From positions 1 to 25,714 of the IMG/VR virus record IMGVR_UViG_3300025621_000050: a stretch of 25,714 bases of DNA. The stretch is one strand, 5' to 3'. Below, piece after piece: positions 7,747 to 15,350 of the stretch. This DNA is from a virus (Duplodnaviria > Caudoviricetes). The notes beneath the pieces were generated by a model that saw only the letters and a list, made by a program, of their open reading frames with translations, did no database searches and was not told where the DNA came from. The stretch's first letter is position 1. The number at the start of each line of letters is the position of its first letter. Position numbers and translations under genes: made by a program.

Positions 7747-7779
7747 CGCAATGCCCACTGCGGTGGATAACATTAGGCG
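7747..7779 (+). promoter_or_regulatory. Stem-loop in the capsid 5' leader (cUGCGg UNCG tetraloop, internal loop)
   Basis: CGC-AATG-C-CCAC-TGCG-GTGG-ATAA-CATT-AG-GCG pairs as CCAC/GTGG, AATG/CATT and CGC/GCG. Confidence 0.5.
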
Positions 7780-7854
7780 AGCAAACGAAGCAAACTGAAT
7801 AAGGACTGATCAAACCAACCAACTAAAACTAACCAAATAGAAAGACAAACAATC

Positions 7855-8859
7855 ATGGCTAACGGAAATACAAGCCCATCTCGCGTGGGTCAAATTAACG
7901 GGGCTAACGATGTCGATGCTCTCTTTCTGAAGGTGTTCTCTGGTGAGATCCTTACTACGTTTGAAGAATACAACGTAATGAAGGAGCTTCACATGGTTCG
8001 CACCATTCAGAACGGCAAGACCGCTCAGTTCCCCAAAACAGGTATCGCAAGTGCGAAGTATCACACAGCAGGTGAAAACATTGCTGACGCTGGTAACTCT
8101 TACCTGTCTGACATCAAGAAGAACGAAGTCACCATCGCTATTGACGATGTGTTGCTTGCTTCGACCTTCCTTGCTAACATCGACGAGCTCAAGACTCACT
8201 ACGACGTTCGTAGCATCTACGCTCAAGAACTGGGTAAGGCATTGGCAAAACGCTTCGACATCGCTACGATGAAGACTCTTGTTGCTGGTGCTCGCACCTC
8301 TACTCCTACCATCAGCGGTGGTAAGGCTGGTATCCAGATCACTGGTGCTTCTCTTACAACTGGAACAGGTCTTCTTGACGCACTGTTCGAAGTTGCTGAG
8401 AAGCTGGATAACAACGACGTCCCATCTGAGGATCGTTTCGCTATCCTGAGTCCTACTCAATACTACAAGCTGATCAGCGACCCAACCACTAACATCGCTC
8501 TTAACCGCGACTACGGTGGTGAAGGTTCTGTTGCTCGTGGCGTTGCTCCTATGGTAGCAGGTATCAAGCTGTTCAAGTCGAATCACGTTGCTGACATCTC
8601 TGTTGCTGACGCAAGTCAGGATCAAGATGACGACAACGCAAAGAACGACGTGTTCGGTGATGCTGGCACAGGCTACAATGCCGACCTTAGTGCTACTGGC
8701 TTCGTTGCTGGTCACAAGTCGGGTATCGGCACTGTCAAGCTTCTTGACCTTGCTACCGAGTCTGAATACCAGATCGAGCGCCAAGGCACTCTGTTCGTTG
8801 CTAAGTATGCTATGGGTCACGGTGTCATCCGTCCTGAAGCTTGCGTAGAGGTTCAGTAG
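7855..8859 (+). CDS. Major capsid protein (T7 gp10-like)
   Basis: Motifs ALFLKVFSGEILT.F, RTIQNGKTAQFP, IDDVL, HYDVRSIYAQELG.ALA..FD and KYAMGHGVIRPEA. Confidence 0.97.
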   Translation: MANGNTSPSRVGQINGANDVDALFLKVFSGEILTTFEEYNVMKELHMVRTIQNGKTAQFPKTGIASAKYHTAGENIADAGNSYLSDIKKNEVTIAIDDVLLASTFLANIDELKTHYDVRSIYAQELGKALAKRFDIATMKTLVAGARTSTPTISGGKAGIQITGASLTTGTGLLDALFEVAEKLDNNDVPSEDRFAILSPTQYYKLISDPTTNIALNRDYGGEGSVARGVAPMVAGIKLFKSNHVADISVADASQDQDDDNAKNDVFGDAGTGYNADLSATGFVAGHKSGIGTVKLLDLATESEYQIERQGTLFVAKYAMGHGVIRPEACVEVQ

Positions 8860-8875
8860 TAATCGAATCCATTCT

Positions 8876-8913
8876 GATCCCCTTCTCACTAAATGTGGGA
8901 AGGGGGTCTTTTT
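8876..8913 (+). terminator. Intrinsic terminator after capsid gene (T-phi equivalent)
   Basis: GATCCCCTTCTCAC-TAAAT-GTGGGAAGGGGGTC followed by TTTTT. Confidence 0.88.
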
Positions 8914-8946
8914 CCTTCTTTTTACTTTTACCTTATTTCACGAACT

Positions 8947-9546
8947 ATGTCCTTACTTACTACCAAGCTACAAGCCGTTAACGTAATGATCGGTTACTTA
9001 GGCGAAGCGCCAGTAAACTCGATCTCGGATAACGTCGGGCTTCCTCTTTCCGTCTCTCAGGCCAAAACAATTTTGGACGAGACATCAAAAGGTATTCAAG
9101 TAGACGGTTGGTTCTTTAATATCGAAAAGGATGTTACCTTTAGTCCTGACGTAGAGACCAACTTCATCGATCTATCTGGAGATATCCTTTCTGCGGATTC
9201 AGTAGATGGACATAAAGACAATGTTGTTGTTCGCGGTTCTAGGCTTTATGACCTGACAGACAACACTTATAAATTTACAAAACCAGTTAAGATGGATCTC
9301 ATTCGTTTCCTAGAATGGGACTATCTTCCCGAAGCTGCTCGCCGTTATATCAACCTAAAAGCTTCTCGGATTCTTGTGGCTCGTTCGCTAGGCGCTCCTG
9401 AGATTGAACAGCTTATCCTACGAGACGAAGTGTTCGCTAAAGCTCGCCTCGAATCGCTTGACTCAGGAACGTCGGATCGCACTATATTTGATAGCTACGA
9501 CACTGCTATTCGTATTGGAGTTAACCGTCCTCAGAATATTCTTTAA
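8947..9546 (+). CDS. Tail tubular protein A (T7 gp11-like)
   Basis: ATG 8947 gives MSLLTTKLQAVNVMIGYLGEAPVNS, with GWFFN.E, VVRGSRLYD and LPEAARRYI..KASR. The track start at 8893 lies inside the terminator. Confidence 0.92.
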   Translation: MSLLTTKLQAVNVMIGYLGEAPVNSISDNVGLPLSVSQAKTILDETSKGIQVDGWFFNIEKDVTFSPDVETNFIDLSGDILSADSVDGHKDNVVVRGSRLYDLTDNTYKFTKPVKMDLIRFLEWDYLPEAARRYINLKASRILVARSLGAPEIEQLILRDEVFAKARLESLDSGTSDRTIFDSYDTAIRIGVNRPQNIL

Positions 9547-9551
9547 TAGAT

Positions 9552-12323
9552 ATGCCTTTAATCAACACATCGGTTCCGAACCTTATACAGGGTGTCTCAC
9601 AGCAAGCGGATATTATTAGATATGCAGGTCAATGTGAAGAACAGGAAAATGCTTTAAGTAGTGTTTCTGACGGACTGTCAAAAAGAGCTGGCGCGAATCA
9701 CATTGTAGAAGTCACTCAGAATAAAATTAAACAAGATAGCTTTATTCATTTTGTGGATCGAAGCGCTACGGAAAGATATGTTATAATACATACGGGAGAT
9801 TATTTGTATGCTTATAATCTTTTTACAGGCAGTCCAGCTTCCATCTGGTATAACACTGTAGAATATACTGATGGGTGGGCTATACCAGAGGGACATTACC
9901 TCAGAACAAGTGGCTCTCCGTTAGCTAATTTAAAAGGAATTACCATAGGAGATAGCTCCTTTATTACAAATAAGAATGTAGTCGTTGAAGCTTCCGACGA
10001 AGTAAATGACAGCTTTGCAGAAGAGGCTATTGTTGTAGTTAACCAAGGCGATTATGAAAAGAAATATAGCATTATTTTCGGAGAAACAGGGCCACAGTCA
10101 GGAACAGTTTTAAGTTTTGATGTTGATTTTTATAATGGTAAAACAGGAGAAGTGACAGGGAGTGCGATTGTTTTAAATGGGGAAACACTCAGTAATCCAG
10201 AAGGAAGTCCTGAAACAGCATCTATCGAGGTATCGCCAATTGTAAATATAATTCAATCTAGCGAAGATTTTACTCCTAATTTAACTAACCAAACTGGAAT
10301 ACTCAGTTTAACTGTGACTAACGGGATTAGCACTATAAGTGCTCCAATGGCAATATCGACAAACTCCAATGGACTTCTACTTTCTGTTACCATTACTGAA
10401 CCCATACTAGCCAACATACGCTTTGATGCTGCCTTTCTTTTTACTGTAAACGGACTTACTCAACTAGGATCTTTAGGCGTAAGAACTGTAAATACTGGGG
10501 CTGCGGATGCTTCTGCTGGAGGTAAAAACGCCGATACGTCTAATATTGCTTCTCAGCTTGCTGGAGGAACAACTGCTGGAACAAATAATACTGTAAGCGG
10601 AGCCATCCCTTCTGGATTTACAGCAGAAGCTCTTGGCGGTGTTATTCGCATTAAAAGGACAGACGGAGCGTCTTTTAGTATTTCTACATCCGACGGGTTA
10701 GCTGACGAAGGTTTATCTTTAGCTTACAAAAGTGTTGAAAGTCTTTCAGCTCTTCCTCAAAGAAACTTTAACGATTTCAAAATTAAAATATTAGGCGATC
10801 CTGACGTAGACCAAGATGACTACTACGTCAGTTTTAAGACTGATGACAATAGCATTTTTGGTGAAGGAGAATATATAGAGATAGCAAATGAAGGTATAGA
10901 AAAGGGAATTGATGTATCTACCTTTCCTCATAGGTTAGTAAATGACGAATTAAATTCTTTCGTTGTAGAAACGTGTCCTTTAGAGGATCGAGTATCAGGG
11001 GACATAGCTTCAAATCCTCAGCCTAACTTTGTAGGAAACAAGATATCTAATTTGATCATTCATCGTAATAGATTGGGAGTCTTAAGCAACGACCAACTGA
11101 CTTTCTCTGAATCAGACCAATTTTTTAACTTTTTTAGAGTTACCGTTTCTAGCTTTTTAGATTCAGCGCCTATCAATGTAAGTATCGCTACTAAAAATGT
11201 TATTAACATTATAGACGCAATCGGGTTTCAAGATAGCCTTATTTTGTTTACTCGTCGCGGTCAATATTCTGTTAAAGGAGAACCTACTCTTACAGCTAAA
11301 ACTATCGCTGTTTCTCCCTTAACTTCCTACGAGACATCAGAACTCGTGTCGCCTATTTCTCTTGGTTCGTATATTTATTTTGGCTTTGATAGAAAACAAA
11401 AATCAGGACTTAGAGAATATACAGTAAACACTAACACTAATACTTTTGACGCTTCCGACATTACGGAAGCCGTTCCGTTCTACATTGGCAAAAATATTAA
11501 AACCATTTCAGGATCAGCAACAGAGCAGATGCTTGCTGTCGTTACCGAGGACGATTTAGATACCATATATGTCTATAGTTACTTCTGGAGTAACAACGCT
11601 AAAGTATTGAGTGCGTGGTCTAAGTTTAAGATAAAAGGAGATATAGTTTCGAGTTTCTTTATTGATTCAAGTTTGTATGTAATAACAACGATAGAGGGTT
11701 CTACAAATATCTTAGAAATTAACTTAGAAAAACAAGAGGGAACAGCAGATGAACCTGAGATTCTTATGGATTATAGGTTCCCGTTAACTCTTCAAAGTGG
11801 ACAGACTCATATAGATCTTCCGTATTCTACGCCTGCGAATACCAAGTTTGAGGTCTACTCTAAGAAAGGTAGTTTACTTAAATCTACTTCTCATACTAGA
11901 CACATCACTTTGATGGATGCTCCTGAAGAAGAAACAGAAGTTTATATAGGGCTGCCTTTTAATATGAAATATGTATTTTCTAGGCAGATCTTTAAAGCAC
12001 CAAGTGAATCAAGCAAAACAGCCACAAACGCTATCTCTTCTCGTTTGAAATCAGGAAGTATATTCTTCAATAAAGCGAGAACTTTTAAAGTAACTGCTGA
12101 TGTAAAACTAAGGGATTCTGTTATTGCTACTTTTGATGCAAACACAGTAGGAGAAGCTTTTGTTTCTAAGACTGATAATAAAGAAGGTGTTTTCCGTTTC
12201 TTTGTTTTAGCTCCAGCCGAAGATACGACGATTACGTTGGAAAACGATACTGTGTTTTCGTCCTCATTTCTTAGCGCTGAGTTTGAAAGTTTCATTCATC
12301 AAAAGTCTTCTCGCTATGCTTAA
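9552..12323 (+). CDS. Tail tubular protein B / nozzle (T7 gp12-like)
   Basis: MPLINTSVPNLIQGVSQQ, GLSKR, SNPQPNFVG..I, RNRLG.LS, FFNFFR.TV, SGLREY and SAWSKF. Confidence 0.93.
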   Translation: MPLINTSVPNLIQGVSQQADIIRYAGQCEEQENALSSVSDGLSKRAGANHIVEVTQNKIKQDSFIHFVDRSATERYVIIHTGDYLYAYNLFTGSPASIWYNTVEYTDGWAIPEGHYLRTSGSPLANLKGITIGDSSFITNKNVVVEASDEVNDSFAEEAIVVVNQGDYEKKYSIIFGETGPQSGTVLSFDVDFYNGKTGEVTGSAIVLNGETLSNPEGSPETASIEVSPIVNIIQSSEDFTPNLTNQTGILSLTVTNGISTISAPMAISTNSNGLLLSVTITEPILANIRFDAAFLFTVNGLTQLGSLGVRTVNTGAADASAGGKNADTSNIASQLAGGTTAGTNNTVSGAIPSGFTAEALGGVIRIKRTDGASFSISTSDGLADEGLSLAYKSVESLSALPQRNFNDFKIKILGDPDVDQDDYYVSFKTDDNSIFGEGEYIEIANEGIEKGIDVSTFPHRLVNDELNSFVVETCPLEDRVSGDIASNPQPNFVGNKISNLIIHRNRLGVLSNDQLTFSESDQFFNFFRVTVSSFLDSAPINVSIATKNVINIIDAIGFQDSLILFTRRGQYSVKGEPTLTAKTIAVSPLTSYETSELVSPISLGSYIYFGFDRKQKSGLREYTVNTNTNTFDASDITEAVPFYIGKNIKTISGSATEQMLAVVTEDDLDTIYVYSYFWSNNAKVLSAWSKFKIKGDIVSSFFIDSSLYVITTIEGSTNILEINLEKQEGTADEPEILMDYRFPLTLQSGQTHIDLPYSTPANTKFEVYSKKGSLLKSTSHTRHITLMDAPEEETEVYIGLPFNMKYVFSRQIFKAPSESSKTATNAISSRLKSGSIFFNKARTFKVTADVKLRDSVIATFDANTVGEAFVSKTDNKEGVFRFFVLAPAEDTTITLENDTVFSSSFLSAEFESFIHQKSSRYA

Positions 12324-12894
12324 AGATTTAAATCACAAGATTTTTGAATGCGTTGAATCTACGCACCTGTATTTGCTGGAGAATCAAGAAGGAGAAGACT
12401 TAATCGTTACTGCTGAAAAGCAATCAGCAGGAAAAACTTCAAAAGAAGATCAACAATGGGAATCTGAAAAAGGAGGATTATACCTATCTATACGATTTAC
12501 GGATAGATATCTCATGCGTTCTAGGAAAAATTTTTCAAATAATATTGGGTATGAAATAGCTCAAGCATTAAGTTCAATCTCAAAAACAAATATAGTATTT
12601 AAAACCCCGAATGACTTCTACATTGGGGATTTTAAAATTGGAGGATCTTTAATTTCTTATTCTAATCTTACCTGTATTTATAGTCTAGGTATCAACGTAA
12701 ATCAAAAAAGTTTTTCACAACCACTATCCAACAAAGCAACATCTTTATTTTTACAAACAGCAAGCGAATACGACATCAGTCAGATTTTAAATATTGTTTT
12801 AAATAAAATAAATGATAAATTAAAAGAATACAGACAAGACTACCCTAGATATTCTAAACCGCTAAAGACAACAAAGTTTAAAGGAAAACTATAA
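12316..12894 (+). CDS. birA: Divergent biotin-protein ligase (BirA/BPL catalytic domain) homolog, 192 aa
   Basis: BPL motifs in order: VESTH (D-S-T-N), VTAEKQSAG (AE.Q.AG), QWES..GGLYLSI, FKTPNDFYI (KWPND), KIGG.LI (K.xGIL), LGINVNQ and ATSL. ATG 12316 overlaps the tail B stop. No N-terminal HTH and no C-terminal SH3-like domain. Confidence 0.8.
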   Translation: MLKDLNHKIFECVESTHLYLLENQEGEDLIVTAEKQSAGKTSKEDQQWESEKGGLYLSIRFTDRYLMRSRKNFSNNIGYEIAQALSSISKTNIVFKTPNDFYIGDFKIGGSLISYSNLTCIYSLGINVNQKSFSQPLSNKATSLFLQTASEYDISQILNIVLNKINDKLKEYRQDYPRYSKPLKTTKFKGKL

Positions 12895-12899
12895 TCACC

Positions 12900-13895
12900 A
12901 TGTCTCTCTCATATAACCAACATACTGATCTTTCCACTGACACGTTTACATTTACGTTCGGCTTTATCGACATCAACGACGTGTTCGCTATCGGATTACG
13001 AACTTCGGACGATACGTGGATTCCTCTTACGATAACGGGTCGCAGTGCGTCAGCAAAAACCGTAACTGTTTCTGACGTTCTTACTCCGTATTCAAAGGTT
13101 CAGGTCTACCGTAAGACTACAGTTGCCCCTATCGTTGACTTCCAAGACGGCTCTAGGCTCACAGAACGTGATCTTGATGCTGCCTATCGACAAGGTCTTT
13201 ACGTAGCCCAAGAGGTGGCTGAGAACTCGAATCAAAGCACTCAGCGTGAAGACGTAGACACGGATCTTATTGCGGACGGAGCTATTACTACGGCTAAGAT
13301 TGCAGACAACGCTGTAACAGATCAAAAGCTTTCTCTTACACTGGATCTGTCTACACACTCAGTGGCGTTGGCAACTGGCGAAATCAGCACAAGTGAACTG
13401 GCAAACGATGCTGTGGACAGCACTAAACTGGCTGACGATGCTGTGGACAGTGAGCACCTTGTAGACGGCTCGGTGGACAACGTTCACCTTGCTGGAGGAA
13501 TTGACCTGACAACCAAGGTCACAGGGACTCTTCCTAGTGCTAACGGCGGCACGGGTGTTGCTACGGCTATTCCGTTTACAGTGAAGGCTGAAAGCGGTGA
13601 TGTTACTATTCCTGCTGTTGGAACGGCTGCTACTTTTACTCACGGATTGGGCAAACTTCCTGAGTTATTTAAAGTGTATTTGAAATGCACAACAGCCGTA
13701 AACGGATACGCTGTAGGAGACCTTGTTGACTTTATTCAAGACACCAACGGTAATAATGTTATATCCGTTTATGCGGACTCGACTGAGATAGGAATCAATC
13801 GAGCAGGTTCTATTGTAATTTCTAACAAGAGTTCAGGTGCCTTCGAAACCATAACCACGACAAACTACAAGTTTATATTCAAAGCTTACGCATAA
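12900..13895 (+). CDS. Tail fibre protein with T7 gp17-type N-terminal adaptor domain
   Basis: N-terminal FTFTFGFID, VYRKT...PIVDFQDGSRLTERDLD....Q.LY.AQE; central 10-aa repeats (IADGAITTAK/LANDAVDSTK); C-terminal HGLGKLP...LKC....GYAVGD domain. Confidence 0.88.
   Translation: MSLSYNQHTDLSTDTFTFTFGFIDINDVFAIGLRTSDDTWIPLTITGRSASAKTVTVSDVLTPYSKVQVYRKTTVAPIVDFQDGSRLTERDLDAAYRQGLYVAQEVAENSNQSTQREDVDTDLIADGAITTAKIADNAVTDQKLSLTLDLSTHSVALATGEISTSELANDAVDSTKLADDAVDSEHLVDGSVDNVHLAGGIDLTTKVTGTLPSANGGTGVATAIPFTVKAESGDVTIPAVGTAATFTHGLGKLPELFKVYLKCTTAVNGYAVGDLVDFIQDTNGNNVISVYADSTEIGINRAGSIVISNKSSGAFETITTTNYKFIFKAYA
13396..13450 (+). repeat. 30-bp-period coding repeat in the tail fibre shaft
   Basis: aactggcaaacgatgctgtggacag (13396-13420) versus aactggctgacgatgctgtggacag (13426-13450). 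Confidence 0.8.
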
Positions 13896-13896
13896 T

Positions 13897-14838
13897 ATGC
13901 TAATCAAAGAATACAGCAACGGTTGTAAGGCAGTCCTTGCCACTGAGGATCACGCTCGTGAGCTCGCTCCGTTGTTGCGTGAGTATGACTCCATTGAAGT
14001 TAGCGTAGGGCAGTTTGGTGATAATGAAGAGGCACTGCTGTATGGAGTCAGAAACGACGACGTAACCATCACAGGCTTAGACCCTGATGGTAAACCAATC
14101 GTCATGTTTGGCGTGGGCTCTAGTGATGATAGTATACCCTACATCTGGCTTCTTGGAAGTAAGGGCGTTCGTGACTACTGGTATACCTTTGCTAAGGCAT
14201 CACGAGAACTGCTTCCACACCTTTTATTAGATCATCCGTGTGTGGCTAATATTGTCCTAAAGGAATACGACGACTCTGTTCGCTGGCTTAGATGGCTAGG
14301 AGCAAAGTTCATACGAGAGGTTGAAGTAGGTGGACAAGTTTTTTACGAGTTCATTATAAGACAAAAAGAACCAACTTCTGTTGGTATGCCCGTTGAGGAT
14401 TTTAGAGAGAGTATAACTCTTTTTAATAAAAATCTACAAAGCTTACCGAACGCAATGGTAACTCGTGCGGAGATTGATGCTGTTAATCCTTTGGAACATT
14501 TCTTTGGCGACGGTATGTATATACGAAAAATCGTAATGCCAGCTGGTCAGGTAATTGTGAGCAAGATACATAAACAAGATCATCCTTATTTTATTATGTC
14601 AGGAGATGTGTCGGTTTTAACTGAGGAAGGTGTCAAGCGTTATAAAGCTCCATATTTTGGTATGACAAAACCAGACACACAACGGGTATTATTTACCCAC
14701 GAAGAAACCACATGGATAACCGTTCAAAGAACAAACAACACTGATTTAAAAGAAATTGAAAAAGAATTAACAGAAGACTCTTTTGATTATAAACTTTCAA
14801 ATACAGATTTTAATTTACTAACAGAAGGAACAAAATGA
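13897..14838 (+). CDS. Internal virion protein A (T7 gp13-like, GNAT-like fold) fused to a C-terminal cupin domain
   Basis: N-half: LAPLLREYD..E, MFGVG, IWLLGS, N.V....DSVRWLRWLGAKF. C-half: HFFGDGMYIR.I.MPAG..IVSKIHKQDHPYFIMSG...APYFG.TKP.TQRV...HEET.WITV. Confidence 0.78.
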   Translation: MLIKEYSNGCKAVLATEDHARELAPLLREYDSIEVSVGQFGDNEEALLYGVRNDDVTITGLDPDGKPIVMFGVGSSDDSIPYIWLLGSKGVRDYWYTFAKASRELLPHLLLDHPCVANIVLKEYDDSVRWLRWLGAKFIREVEVGGQVFYEFIIRQKEPTSVGMPVEDFRESITLFNKNLQSLPNAMVTRAEIDAVNPLEHFFGDGMYIRKIVMPAGQVIVSKIHKQDHPYFIMSGDVSVLTEEGVKRYKAPYFGMTKPDTQRVLFTHEETTWITVQRTNNTDLKEIEKELTEDSFDYKLSNTDFNLLTEGTK

Positions 14839-15350
14839 GTTTTGCAATAACTGCTATTATAACAACGATTGCAACAACAGCTCTCTCCATACGAGGACAA
14901 CAACAAGCCGCCGCCGCACAGGCTAAATACCAAAAGCAAGCAAGCGAAGCGGAAAACCAAAGAGCGCTGCAACAGATGTCCGCTGAACGTATTCAAGAAG
15001 CGTTCCAGAACGAAGAGCGAGCAAAAGAAATCGAATTAGCAGCCAAAAAAGCACGAGAAGCTAGATCGAGAGCAACTGTAGCTGCTGGTGAGTCAGGCGT
15101 TACTGGTCTAAGCGTAGACGCGTTGTTAAACGATTTCACGAGACAAGAAGCTACCTACCGTTTCGGGCTCCAGAGACAAGGACAGCAGATGGCTGTAGCT
15201 CGGGATCTTAGGTTAAAGGATATGGGGCTTCAGTCTTATAACACGCAGATTGCAATCAATAAACCAATCGCACAACCTGACTATGCTGGAGCGCTTGTTA
15301 GCGGCGTTAACACAGGTCTGAGTATTTATTCAGCAACTAAAAAACCATAA
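14835..15350 (+). CDS. Internal virion protein B (T7 gp14-like ejection protein)
   Basis: Hydrophobic N-terminus, Q/A-rich helices and the AAGESGVTGLSVDALL motif. ATGA coupling to the upstream gene. Confidence 0.85.
   Translation: MSFAITAIITTIATTALSIRGQQQAAAAQAKYQKQASEAENQRALQQMSAERIQEAFQNEERAKEIELAAKKAREARSRATVAAGESGVTGLSVDALLNDFTRQEATYRFGLQRQGQQMAVARDLRLKDMGLQSYNTQIAINKPIAQPDYAGALVSGVNTGLSIYSATKKP

Noticed and set aside
7640-7800. tRNA gene in the scaffold-capsid spacer
   Set aside because: Hairpins are present but there is no cloverleaf, T-loop GTTCRA or acceptor stem.
7810-8889. 359-aa minus-strand ORF spanning the capsid gene
   Set aside because: Antisense shadow of a strongly codon-biased gene, with no recognisable motifs and opposite to the genome-wide orientation.
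8830-8946. T7 10A/10B-style capsid frameshift or read-through extension
   Set aside because: The gene ends TAG TAA, is followed immediately by a terminator, and has no evident slippery site or downstream extension domain.
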